From Squalus acanthias (Eukaryota), in NCBI GenBank assembly GCA_030390025.1, contig CM059432.1:73348001-73412000 (forward strand): a DNA stretch of 64,000 nt, written 5' to 3'. How positions within the stretch are numbered: position 1 is the stretch's first letter; each line of letters starts with the position of its first letter. Under the pieces are notes generated by a model. That model made no database searches. It worked only from the letters and a program-made list of their open reading frames with translations, and was not told the origin of the DNA. The translations under genes were made by a program, and so were the position numbers. Positions 38,898 through 51,619 of this stretch are shown piece by piece.

Positions 38898-39611
38898 GGG
38901 GGAGAAATTCATTATAGCCTCGTTTGGGCGCTAACTTTTAAAAGTTTAGAAAATTAGCGCCAGGCGCTAATGTTTCTAAACTTTAAAAAAATTAAGTTTT
39001 GCTAAAAGCGCTCACTTCCTTCCTGGAGCGCAATCGTCAGCAGGCGGGGCGGAGACTTCAGCAGCGTTGCACACTGGGCCGTGCAGCGCTGCTGCGTTCA
39101 AAGGCTCCTTCCCTCCCTTAAAGGGAAGGGCCATCGCTGCAGGCTCTGCAATAGAAAAAGTACCTACCTGGACCACCAGTCACGATCCCATGCGATCAGC
39201 CCAGCACTCAAGCAGAGTGGAGGGCTGATTGATCGCTGGCAGGAACCCGCGAAAAAAACTGGAACAAGAAAGGTAAGTTTTTTTTTACTTACCTCGGCCA
39301 CCTCGCCTTTAATCATCGCCCCCGAAGCAGCCGGCTGCCCAATGCATGCCTCCTGCAGCTGTCGGTGTTTTCGACCGGTGCTGCTGCAGGGGGCGGAAGT
39401 CAATTTCGGGTTTGGGCGCTACCGGGGCGATGCGCACGGTGATGACATCATGATCTCCGGGCGAAGGAGATCGGGGTGCAACGCCGTAGCGCCACCGGAA
39501 AACTCCCACCGAATATTGTGGGAGTCGATGTCAGTGCCGCGCCCGATCGCAAAGCTACTTGTGCCCCATTAGCGCCGGGCGCGAGGCACAAATGCACCCA
39601 ATTTTACCCCC
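38898..39611. mobile_element. Harbinger-type MITE, 714 bp
   Basis: TIRs GGGGGAGAAATT / AATTTTACCCCC. Exact TSD CAA (38895-38897, 39612-39614). Carries TTAGCGCCAGGCGCTAA. Confidence 0.9.
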
Positions 39612-40973
39612 CAAGATGCTGCATGGGAGGCTGCAGGGAGACTGCCAAGGACGGACTGGGGGAGGGTGGGGGAGAGGGGGGTCAGTGAAGGTGTGGGTAT
39701 CCTCCAAGCAGGGTCGACAGAAACTGGGTCACTTACCTGAATTTCACCAAGGGGACAATTTTTTACGAGTCTCCAGTTCCACTGCTGTCCTGTGTCACCT
39801 GCTGCAGTCGGACCTGGAGCCTATACATGCTTTGCCTGTGGCCATCGAAGTTACGACTGAATTTTTTCACCTCTGGGTCACCCCAGGCTGCAGTGGGTGA
39901 CATGGGTCGCATCAGTCAGTCAGCCGTCTTTCCTCTATTGAGCAGGTAACAGAAGCCATCTTCTGATGGGTGAGTACATACATCAAGTTCCTCATGAGCT
40001 AGCGATGTTCATGGATAGGAAGGGGTTTCATTCTCTGAATGTCCAGGATGTTGCAGATCATGTCACGGGAATAATGCAGGTATGTGTACGCTTTCTGTTA
40101 ATGTTCCATGATGAACGCCATACTGCAGCAGAGTATAGTGCCTCCACTTTTCCAACAGGACCAGTCATGACAAAGGCTACACTTTGACTACCTGGCTGAT
40201 GACGCCAATGCACTCTCCCACTAAACTTCGATATAACAGCAGCCATTGAGCAGGTCATTGGGATTCTGAAGTTGCGCTTCAGATCCTTGAGCTGGTCAGG
40301 GGAGCCAATACAGCCCACATAACAGACACACTGCCTTCCTTAGAGAAAGCAACATGTGCAGCTCCAATTGCACCAGTTCCACTCCAAAGAGACTGCGCAT
40401 CTGCTCTCCCAATGATTAGCATGACAGCAGACGGCAGGAAGTCTGCGACCCAATCAAAGCCCCTCTCCATTCAATCCCCCATTATGTCCACACTGCTGGA
40501 CAGCCTTTCAGGTTGGAAAAGAGAGTGGAGGCCAGAACCCCAGTGGCAGCAGTTTGACCTTTGATCAAAGTTGCCCTTGGTGGTGACAAGGACTTTTGCA
40601 TTATAGGCCTCGCTGCAGCTTCCATAGAGGACTTTATGCACTTCATGGTAGACTTCAAAGAAGTCGTGCCTTGCACCAGAACGCGGCAAGTGCAAGAGGT
40701 GGACTCCTCTATACTCTCAGCCGAGACATGGCAGCTCCTCGGCAGAATGTCCAATGCAATACTAATGGCTGGTGCACATCCAAGTTCCTTGTTTTGAAGG
40801 CTGGGGCATGGAGGTCTTCACCTCTGCGCTCTTCAACAGTGCTTGGACCCAACTGGCCTGGACCCAACTGGCCCTTCGACAAGCTGCGTCCTCTGCTGTC
40901 CTTTCTACCACTGCCATCTGCTGCTCACTTGTGATGTAAACTTCAGTCTGTGCAGACCCCTCTAACTCAGACT

Positions 40974-41302
40974 GGGAGCAGCAGCGGGAGCGGACCGACC
41001 TGTGAGGGAGCAGGCGAAGGAGGAGCGAGGAAATAAAGCCCGAGGCTCGAGGCCCAGACCGAGCTATTGGGAGCAGCAGCGGGAGCGGACCGACCTGTGA
41101 GGGAGCAGGCGAAGGAGGAGCGAGGAAATAAAGCCCAAGGCTCGAGGCCCAGACCGAGCTATTGGGAGCAGCAGCGGGAGCGGACCGACCTGTGAGGGAG
41201 CAGGCGAAGGAGGAGCGAGGAAATAAAGCCCAAGGCTCGAGGCCCAGACCGAGCTATTGGGAGCAGCAGCGGGAGCGGACCGACCTGTGAGGGAACAGGC
41301 GA
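40974..41302 (+). repeat. 95-bp tandem monomers (3.4 copies) at the LINE 5' end
   Basis: Units start at 40974, 41069, 41164 and 41259 and are near-identical. Confidence 0.95.
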
Positions 41303-41469
41303 TTTAAAGAACAACAAAAAAAAAACAAGGAGTGACGTCACAGGAAAGCAGGGAAGTGATTGGTTGGTCAGTATTTTTCTGTTTTCTTGGGCATTGGTTT
41401 AAATTAAGCGCCGGGATTAAAAACTAAATGTTCAAAACTTAAACACTTAATTAATTAAATACATTAGAG

Positions 41470-42424
41470 ATGGCAGGGCAGGCGATGTGTTACTGCTGCA
41501 ACATGTGGGAGCTGGTGGACACCATTGAGGTTCATGGCAACCACATTTGCAGTAAGTATTGGTTGCTTGAGGAATTCGGCTCCGTGTTGATGACTTGGAG
41601 TCCGAGCTTCAAACACTGTAACACATCAGGGAGGGGGAAAGTTACCTGGACGCTGTGTTCCAGGAGGCAGTCACACCCCTTAGATTCATTAATTGAAATT
41701 TGGTCCGTGGTCAGGGACAGGTGGGTGTGACTAGAAGCGAGGCAGGTATGGAGAACCAGGAGGTAGTGGTGGAGGAGCCTCAGCCCTTGCTCTTGTCCAA
41801 CAGTTACGAGGTTCTTGCTCTCTGTGTCGACGAGAGCAGGGACTGCAGTGAGGATGAGCAAACTGACCACAGCACCATGGTACAGGGAGCCATTCAAGAG
41901 GGGGGAGCAAAAAGAAATGTGATAGTGGTAGGGGACAGCATAGTTAGGGGGAAAGACACTGTTCTCTGCAGCCAAGAGCGTGAGTCCCGAAGGCTTTGTT
42001 GCCTGCCCAGTGCCAGGGTAAAGGACATCTCCTCTGGGCTGGAGAGGAACTTGGAGTGGGAGCGGGAGGATCCAGTTGTCGTGGTCCATGTAGGTGCCAA
42101 CGACATAGGTAGGACAAAGAAAGAGGTTCTGCTGAGAGTGTTTGAGCAGCTAGGGACTAAATTAAAAAGCAGAACCACAAAGGTCATAATCTCTGGATTA
42201 TTACATGAGCCACGAGCAAATTGGCATAGGGTCAATAGGATCAAGGTGATGAATGCATGGCTCAAAGATTGGTGTGGGAGAAGTGGGTTTCGATTCGTGG
42301 GCACTGGCAGCAGTACTGGGGAAAGAGAGAGCTGTTCCATTGGGATGGACTACACCTGAACCATGCTGGGACCAGAGTTCTAGCGAATTGAATAACTAGG
42401 GAGGTAGATAGGGCTTTAAACTAA
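41470..42424 (+). pseudogene. CR1 ORF1 (CxxC zinc finger, coiled coil, SGNH/GDSL esterase), frameshifted
   Basis: MAGQAMCYCCNMWE...; VIVVGDSIVRG; VVHVGANDIG; ISGLL. Confidence 0.88.
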
Positions 42425-42464
42425 ATAGGGGGGGGGGGAGGGTCCCGGTGGAGAGAAATTTAGA

Positions 42465-45429
42465 ATGCTAAAGAGAAAAGACAAGGAAGCATTGCAGGAA
42501 AGTGATTGGAGTAAGGATAACCAGATTGTATCAGGAAGGGACAGAGTGTACAAACAAAAGAGTGCACTAACAAATAGGGTCCGGGTAAGAAAAAATGGTA
42601 ATAAGACAAATAGGGCCATATTACCAAAAAATGTTAAGATGTCTAAAAATGCTAAGAAGACAAATCTAAAGGCACTGTATCTGAATGCACGAAGCATTCG
42701 TAATAAGGTAGACGAATTAACAACGCAAATAGATATAAACGGATACGATATAATTGCAATTACGGAGACATGGCTGCAGGGTGACCAAGGCTGGGAGCTG
42801 AATATCCAAGGATATTCGATATTTAGGAAGGACAGGAAAAAAGGAAAAGGAGGTGGGGTGGCGTTGTTAGTAAAAGATGAAATCAGAGCAATAGTGAGAA
42901 AGGATATTGGCTCAGAAAATCAAGATGTAGAATCAGTGTGGGTGGAGCTAAGAAGCACCATGGGGCAGAAAACATTGGTGGGAGTTGTCTATAGGCCTCC
43001 AAACAGTAGTGGTAATGTAGGGGATGGCATCAAACAGGAAATTAGAGATGTATGTAACAAGGGTACTACAGTAATCATGGGAGACTTTAATCTACATATA
43101 GACTGGCCAAACCAAATTAGCAATAATACTGTGGAGGATGAATTCCTGGAGTGGGTACAAGATGGTTTTTTAGACCAGTATGTTGAGGAGCCAACAAGGG
43201 AACAGGCTATCCTAGATTGGGTATTGTGCAATGAGAAGGCGTTAATTAATAATCTTGTTGTGCGGGGTCCTTTAGGGAAGAGTGACCATAACATGATAGA
43301 ATGCTTCATTAAGATGGAAAGTGAAGAAGTCCAATCCGAAACTAGGGTCCTAAATCTAAACAAAGGAAACTACGATGATATGAGGAGTGAGTTGGCTATG
43401 ATAGATTGGGGAGCTTCATTAAAAGGCATGACGGTGGATAGGCAATGGCTAACATTTAAGGAATGAATGCATGAATTGCAACAGTTATACATTCCTTTCT
43501 GGCGCAAAAACACAAAAGGAAAAGCGGGCCAACCATGGCTAACAAAAGAAATTAAGGATAGTATTAGATCCAAAGAGGAGTCATATAAAGTTGCCAGAAA
43601 AAGTAGCAAGCCTAAGGATTGGGAGCAGTTTAGAGTTCAGCAAAAAAGGACCAAGAGATTGAGTAAGAGAGGAAAAATAGAGTATGAGAGTAAACTTGCA
43701 AGGAACATAAAAGTGGACTGCAAAAGCTTCTACAAGTATGTAAAAAGAAAAAGATTAGTGAAGACAAATGTAGGTCCCTTACAGTCAGAAACGCGAGAAT
43801 TTATAATGGGGAATAAGGAAATGGCAGAGCAATTAAACAAATACTTTGGTTCTGTCTTCACGGAAGAGGACACAAATAACTTCACAGAAATGCAAGGGAA
43901 CCAAGGGTCTAGTGAGAAGGAGGAATTAAAGGAAATTAGTATTAGTAAAAAAATAGTGGTGGAGAAATTAATGGAAGTGAAAGCTGATAAATACCCAGGG
44001 CCTGATAATCTGCATCCCAGAGTACTAATAGAGGTAGCCATGGAAATAGTGGATGCATTGGTTGTCATCTTCCAAAATTCAATAGATTATGGAACAGTTT
44101 CGGCAGATTGGAGGGTGGCAAATGTAACCCCACTATTTAGAAAAGGAGGGAGAGAGAAAACAGGGAACTACAGACCGGTTAGCCTAACATCAGTAGTAGG
44201 GAAAATGCTAGAGTCTATTATAAAGGGTGTGATAACAGGACACTTAGAAAATATCAACGGGATTAGACAAAGTCAACATGGATTTATGAAAGGGAAATCG
44301 TGTTTGACAAACCTACTGGAGTTTTTTGAGGATGTAACTGATGGAATAGATAAAGGAGAACCAGTGGATGTGGTGTATTTGGATTTTCAGAAGGCCTTTG
44401 ATAAAGTCCCACATAAGAGGTTAGTGTGCAAAATTAAAGCACATGGATTGGGGGTAATATACTGGCATGGATTGAAAATTGGTTAACAGACAGGAAACAG
44501 AGAGTAGGAATAAATGGGTCTTTTTTGGGGTGGCAGGCGGTGACTAGTGGGGTACCGCAGGGATCAGTGCTTAGGCCCCAGCTATTCACAATATATATCA
44601 ATGATTTGGATGAGGGAACCAAATGTAATATTTCCAAGTTTGCTGACGACACAAAACTAAGTGGGATTGTGAGTTGTGAGGAGGATGCAAAGAGGCTTCA
44701 AGGTGATTTAGACAAGTTGAGTGAATGGGTAAATACATGGCAGATGCAGTATAACGTGGATAAATGTGAAGTTATCCACTTCGGTAGGAAAAACTAGAAA
44801 GGTAGAGTATTATTTAAATGTTGATAGATTGGGAAATACTGATGTACAAAGGGACCTGGGTGTCCTTGTACACCAGTCACTGAAAGCAAACATGCAAGTG
44901 CAGCAAGCAGTTAGGAAGGCAAATGGTATGTTGGCCTTCATTGCAAGAGGATTTGAGTACAGGAGCAAGGATGTCTTACTACAGTTGTTCAGGGCCTTGG
45001 TGAGACCACACCTGGAGTACTGTGTGCAGTTTTGGTCTCCTTACCTAAGAAAGGATATACTTGTCATAGAGGGAGTGCAGCGAAGGTTCACCAGACTGAT
45101 TCCTGCGATGGCAGGACTGTCGTATGAGAGGGGATCTCATTGAAAGGTATAAAATTCTGACAGGGCTAGACAGACTGGATGCAGGGAGGATGTTTCCCGT
45201 GGCTGGGGGGTCTAGAACGAGGGGTCACAGTCTCCGGATACGGGGTAGGACATTTAGGACTGAGATGAGGAGAAATTTCTTCACTCAGAGGGTGGTAAAC
45301 CTGTGGAATTCTCTACCACAGAAGGCTGTGGAGGCCAAGTCACTGAATATATGTAAGAAGGAGATAGATAGATTTCTAGACACAAAAGGCATCAAGGGGT
45401 ATGGGGAGAGAGCGGGAATATGGTATTAA
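42465..45429 (+). pseudogene. CR1 ORF2 (APE endonuclease + reverse transcriptase), with a few stops and frameshifts
   Basis: [51 protein letters not shown]. Stop at 43464, frameshifts near 44450 and 44795, short deletion near 45130. Confidence 0.93.
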
Positions 45430-46323
45430 GATAGAGGATCAGCCATGATCATATTGAATGGCGGAGCAGGCTCGAAGGGCCAAATGGCCTACTCCTGCTC
45501 CTATTTTTCTATGTTTCACTATCTATCCCACCTGGGTGCTGATTTCTGAGCTGGTGCTTTTTAAAGATGGAGTGGGTAGTGAGGCTGTCTTGGCTCGCTA
45601 TATTCTTCAGGAGGTGATGATTCTAGGAACATAGGAACAGGAGTAGGCCATTCAGCCCCTCGAGCCTGTTCCGCCATTCAATGAGATCATGGCTGATCTG
45701 TGACCTAACTCACATACCCGCCTTTGGCTTATATCCCTTAATACCTTTGGTTAACAAAAAGCTATCAATCTCAGATTTAAAATTAACAATTGATCTAGCA
45801 TCAATTGACGTTTGTGGAAGAGAGTTCCAAACTCCTACCACCCTTTGTGTGTAGAAGTGTTTCCTAATTTCACTCCTGAAAGGTCTGGCTCTAATTTTTA
45901 GACTATGCCTCCTAGTCCTAGACTCCCCAACCAGCAGAAATAGTTTCTCTCTATCTACCCTACCTGTCCCCCATAATATCTTGAAAACTTCGATCAAATC
46001 ACCCCTTAAACTTCTAAATTCTTGGAAATACAACCCTAATTTGTGTAATCTCGCCTCATGATTTAACCCTTGAAGTCCGGGTATCATTCTGGTAAACCTA
46101 CGCTGCACTCCCTCCAAGGCCAATATATCCTTCCTATGGTGGTGCCCAGAACTGCTCACAGTACTCCAGGTGTGGTCTAACCAGGGTTTTGTATAGCTGC
46201 AGCATAACTTCGACCCCCTTGTATTCTTGTCCTCTAGATATAAAGGTCAGCATCCATTAGCCTTTTTGTTTATTTTCTGTACCTGTTCATGACATTTTAA
46301 TGATCGATGTACCTGGACCCCTA

Positions 46324-47080
46324 GGGCGGAATCTTACCTTCCAGGCCGAATTTGAGGCGGGACTGCTGGTTTTTGGGTTCCAGTCCCGCCTGCAGCGACG
46401 TCTGACGAACAGACGCTATTTTCCCCCGATTGGCCTTGACACTTCATCTGCCGGTTTTCTTAAAGGCATATGCACCACACTGAGGTGCTGTCAAACACTG
46501 ACAATCACTGTCCAAAGGTGAGCCCTTGCACGCAGGCTCTCAAATTACTCTCTCCTTAGGATAAAACAGATGGCAGCTGCAGCTGAGATTGCAGAATCCA
46601 TCTGTCACTTCTCCCGATGAGATGAGGCTACACAAACACTTCACAGCTTGTCACCTGCAGAAATATCTGACCACATTAAAAATTACTTTCACAACATTTC
46701 ATTACCTCTTATACTAACCAGTGTCCAATTGCATCCTTCACACCACTTCTGCAGCTGTCATCCAAACACCAACATAACAACAGACCCACAGCACGCCTCA
46801 CTTACCCTGGCGGGGTTCCCTGACGTCAGGAAGCCCGCAGCAGCAGTCGAAAAATTGGAAAAAGCCTCTTAACTGCCTGTTAACTACCTGTTAACAGACA
46901 GTTAAGTGACTATAATCCTCTTCCCGCCGCTAGGAGTCGGGTCCCTGTGCAAATCGGGGACCCGACTCCCGGGAAAATTGGTTGAAGGCGGGTTGGGAGC
47001 GGGTTCGGGACCTGCTCCCATTCTTTTTGACTTTCCCAGTAGTCCTGCCTCCAAACCCGTCTCCTTAGGGCTGGTAAAAT
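46324..47080. mobile_element. Harbinger-like MITE inserted in CR1, right TIR truncated
   Basis: Left end GGGCGGAATCTTACC and right end GGTAAAAT (inverted match to ATCTTACC). The LINE sequence is contiguous on both sides. Confidence 0.55.
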
Positions 47081-48283
47081 CTCTTTGGACCTCCACTGTT
47101 TTTAGCTTTTCACCATTGAGAAAGTACCCTGTTCTATCTTTTTTAGGTCCAAAGTGGATGACCTCACATTTTCTTACATTGAAATCCATTTGCCACAGTT
47201 TTGCCCATTCACTTAATCTATCAATATCCCTTTGTAATTTTATGCTTTTATCTACACTGCCTACAATGCTGCCTATCTTTGTGTCATCCGCAAATTTCGA
47301 TAAATGGCTTTCTATCCCATCATCTAAGTCATTAATAAATACTGTGAATAGTTGAGGCCCCAACCCACCACTAGTCACATCCTACCAATTTGAATACCTA
47401 TCCATTATTTCTACTGCCTGTCTCCTGCCGCACAGCCAATTTCCTAAACAGGTCAATAATTTGCCCTCAATTCAGTGGGCATCTACCTTAGTTAACAGTC
47501 TCTTATGTTTAACTTTATCAAATGCCTTCTGGAAGTCCATATAAATAACATCCATCGACAATTCCCTGTCCACTACTTTAGTCATCTCTTCAAAAAATTC
47601 AATCAGGCTTGTCAGGCATGACCTACCTTTCACAAATCCACGCTGGCTCTCTCTGATCAGCTGAAAATTTTCGAAGTGTTCAGTCATCCTATCCTTAATT
47701 ATAGACTCTAGCAATTTCCCGACAACAGATGTTAGGCTAACTGGTCTATAATTGCCTGGTTTCCCTCTCTCGCCTTTTTTAAATAGCGGAGTGACATACG
47801 CAATATTCCAATCTAAAGGAACGGTTCCTGAATCGAGAGAACTTTGGAAGATTATAGTTGGGGCATCTGCAATGTGCTCACCTACTTCCTTTAAAACCCT
47901 GGGATGGAAATCATCTGGTCCTGGGGATTTGTCACTCTTTAGTGCCATTATTTTCTTCATTAATGTTATTTTACTTACGTTCATTTTATTGAGTCCCTGT
48001 CCCTGATTCAATATTAGTTTCCTTGGGATTTCCAGCATGCTATCCTCTTCCTCTACTGTAAATACTGACGCAAAGTAATTATTCAACATGTCTGCCATTT
48101 CCTTATTATCATTGACAGTATCACAGCTTTCAGTTTTCAAGGGGCCAACATTGCTCCTAACTACCCTCTTTTTCCTAATATAATTGTAAAAATTCTTTGT
48201 ATTGATTTTGATATCCCTTGCAAGTTTCTTTTCATACTCCCTTTTTGAAGTTCTTACTATCTGTTTTGTGACCCTTTGCTGTT

Positions 48284-48663
48284 AGAACATAAGAACATAA
48301 TAAATATGAGCAGGAGTAGGCCTTCGAGCCTGCTCCGCCATTCAATAAGATCATGGCTGATCTTCTACCTCATCTCCACTTTCCTGCACTATCCCCATAT
48401 TCCTTGATTCCCTTAATATTCAAAAATCTATCGATCTCTGTCTTGAATATACTCAACGACTGAGCCTCCACAGCCCTCTGGGGTAGAGAATTCCAAAGAT
48501 TCACCACCCTGAGTGAAGAAATTTCTCCTCATCTCAGTCCTAAATGGCTGACCCCTTATTCTGAGACTGTGACCCCTGGTTCTAGACTCCCCAGCCAGGG
48601 GAAACATCCTCCCTGCATCTACCCTGTCAAGCCCTGTAAGAATTTTGTATGTTTCAATGAGAT
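48284..48663 (-). mobile_element. CR1 3' end inserted into another CR1
   Basis: (AGAACATA)n tail and LIETYKILTGLDRVDAGRMFP on the minus strand. Confidence 0.88.
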
Positions 48664-51619
48664 GTTGTTTGTATCTTTCCCATCTGCCAGGATCTGTGCT
48701 ATTTTTTGCATTTTTGTATGCTTTTTCTTTTAGTTTTATGCTGTCCCTTACCTCTTTAGTTGTCCACGGCTTTTTTTTTTGGCAAGTAGAGCTCTTGCCC
48801 CTCAGGGCTATAAACTGGTTCTGTATCACCTTAAATTCTTTTTTGAACATCTCCCACTGATCTTCTGTCATTTTACCCATTAACAGATTTACCCAGTTTA
48901 CTGTGGGCAGTCTCTGCCTCATTCTGCAGATTCTGCAGAAGGACCTGCCAATAGAAGAAAGGAACAACAATTATTGAATACTGGGCAGGTTAGGGAGGCT
49001 TAGACATGTGGAGTGGTGAGGCATCTTAAGTTTGGCCAGCTCCCTGAAAGAGCTGCACATCGAGGACAGATAAAAGAAAAGGGACAAAGGCAGAGACCTC
49101 CATCTCTGACACTCTGAGGGAAGCCTGTGCTCACAATCTCCAGGGCTTCCTGCTCCATGGAACTGAGGGCTTGAATGGAAGCTGTCCCTCGTTCTGTTTG
49201 CATCTGCTCCTGGGTATGATGTGCCAACTTGTCCTGCAGAAAGGAGGTGTGGTTCCATCAAAGGATTGGGAATTTGTGATAGGCCTGCTGATGTGTGCAT
49301 GATGAGTGTGACATGCAGCAAGCAGTGTGCAGGATGGGGAGGTGTCACGGAGCAGGAAAGTGACAGGAAGGTGAGATTTGCTGTCCAATACAAGTAGACT
49401 GCATAGATTTCCCTGTGCAACCAGGAGACAGTAATATGCTGCATGTGCTTGCTGTGAGGGCAACAGGAACTGCTCACGGGGAGCGATCTTCTGGTGTGTA
49501 CTACCAGCAGGTGCGCACATTTGGAAAATTGGCCTTTGTTGGGGAAGCTGTACATTGTACAAGATGAGATAATGAAGACAAAAGTGCATAAGATTTTAAT
49601 CTAAAATTTTATCTGGAAAAGGGTGTGAAAAGGTTCCCCAAGTGCAATAGTTAGTTGAAAATGCATTACTTCACTGTGTCTACTGATACTTATAAATGGT
49701 GCATTGCAATATTTAATAAGAACTGCAGCAAAAGAAGGTTAACAATATACCATTTTCCAACACTACAATTTGTTTCTCAAATAGGCTGGAATTCAACTAC
49801 TTGAGAAAATCGGCATTATTATCACTAATATGCCCTCTTAGTCTGTAATGGTTTCAGGAAGCTGCACCACAGGATCTCATTACTCTATGCCAAAGTGCTT
49901 TTAATTAACACTGGAGCTCATTTTAGATATAAATTAACTTCTGGTTAAGAAAAAATTACAATTAAAATACTTCCTTTAACCTATATTTTTCTGGCTGTTC
50001 TTCAGCATATCAACTGATGGATTAGAAACTGGTCTATGTAAAGGATCATGTTTAAAAGCTTGCACCTTTGCCATCTAACAATCCTTTTAAGTTTAAAAGA
50101 GAAAAATAATACACCAGTGGAGCATAGATCTGACTCTGAGATCACTTGATTATGTTTTATAATGGCTGATTTATAAAATTTGAATTTTAGCAGTAGATCA
50201 GTACTATAGAGAGTGTGGCCTCAATTTTCACGGGGTGGGGGGTGGGGGAGGGGGAGTGGTGGCAGGAAGGTTCCAGGGAGCCCGGTAGTAATTTGCATAG
50301 TAAAGCAGCCTATTTCAGGTGGACAGCTGACTCGCCCATTTAGAGGCCCACCTGAATGTGCCATGAATATGATGTTAATGGGCCGGCTAAAGTGCCCCCC
50401 GATTTCTAACTCCTGGTCACCCGTTTGTTATGGACAGCCGTGATTTAACTTTTTCTCCCAACATCTTTACAGCGTAAAAACTGTATAGTGGATGGTGAGC
50501 TATGCATCTGTATAGGATAGTAGGAGGGTTAGCAATGCATCTGTACAGGGTGGCAGATTATAGTAGAAGGTTAGCAGTGTCTGTACAAGAAAGTGTTGGT
50601 GCTGTAAATGATTAGTTGTGTGTCTGTGTAAGGCCTTTTACTAATCTTCTTACCTCTCTGGAGTCATATTAATGCACTAAAATATTGTCACAATCAATCG
50701 GAACAATGGTGCAATGAGAATTATCAGTCATAATCCCTCAAACCAGTTTCGTGGGTATCCCTTAACACTGGGACTACTTCCCAGATCCTAGTGCCAACAC
50801 TGACCTTCTACCATCCTTGTGGCATTCACCCACTGACTCATGGAAATGAGATGGAACAACAGCCAACAAGCCTGTTGCCATCAGGTGCTCCAGGGCACTT
50901 GAGCCAGGTTGGCAATTGTGTGTCACACATACTGACCAAAAGCAGGTTCAGAAGTTTCCTACAATCCAAAAGGAGGCAACAAGTGATATGTCAATCTCAA
51001 GATCATTCATTTTCATTCACAGCAATGTACAAAAAATCTAAAAATACTTTACAAAGGAAAAAAATTACCACAATTACATTGAACAAAGACATACAGATCT
51101 CAGAAGCACTCAGGGGAAACTTTATAAACCCTTGATTTAAAAGTAATGGTGGGGTTTGCCCACGATTGGTGGCATTCATTCACAGGCATGCAAAAAAAAT
51201 TATGTTCTTCAAAAATAGATTGAGCCAGGATAAATGTATAGGGATTTTCTGCATTAAAGTTGGGGTAGAAATTAGGTCGCGCCCCATTTGGGGCGCAAAT
51301 ATCGTCCGCGCGCAAATATTAGCGCCTGGCGCTAATTATCGGCACTGACAGGAAACTTCACTTTTACCGCCCCGGGAGGTGAGTGGAGCGCTAAATTAGG
51401 CGCTGCACACCTCTCTTAAGGCGCAAAGGCCTAGGAGTGAGGCGCTACCTCAGCGCACGAGCGCAGCGCAGCTGCTGCCAGTTAGCGAGGGAACACAGAC
51501 ACACTGGCGCCGGACACTTCTTAAAGCGGGGGGGGGCCACTTGCTCCCCAGCCACACCCTGCTCATTGCAGCCTTCAATCTCAGCCTGGAGAGACCTGTA
51601 ATCCATTTTGCTGCCAAGC

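Larger units (their letters stand above)
40974..45516 (+). mobile_element. Full-length CR1-clade LINE (~4.5 kb)
   Basis: 5' tandem monomers, ORF1 (esterase), ORF2 (APE + RT with FADD), and 3' UTR ending CCTACTCCTGCTCCTATTTTTCTATG. Confidence 0.93.
45624..48930 (-). mobile_element. 5'-truncated CR1 LINE (RT half), split by a MITE and a second CR1 3' end
   Basis: Minus-strand ORFs 45710-46159, 46902-47378 (FADDTK) and 47472-48140 ([16 protein letters not shown]), continuing at 48665-48930. Confidence 0.9.
38386..49560 (+). mobile_element. Old fragmented Harbinger (copy E), expanded by nested MITE and LINE insertions
   Basis: TIR-like start, transposase remnants on + (RKGFHSLNVQ ~40015, IEQVIGILKLRFRSL ~40245), and Myb-partner remnants on - at 40340-40970, 45520-45620 and 48930-49560 (AHHTQEQMQTERG..ALSSMEQEALEIV). 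Boundaries approximate. Confidence 0.65.

Noticed and set aside
40974..41302. CRISPR-like array (also considered for 17028-17370)
   Set aside because: Head-to-tail units with no unique spacers, no cas genes, and a eukaryotic context.
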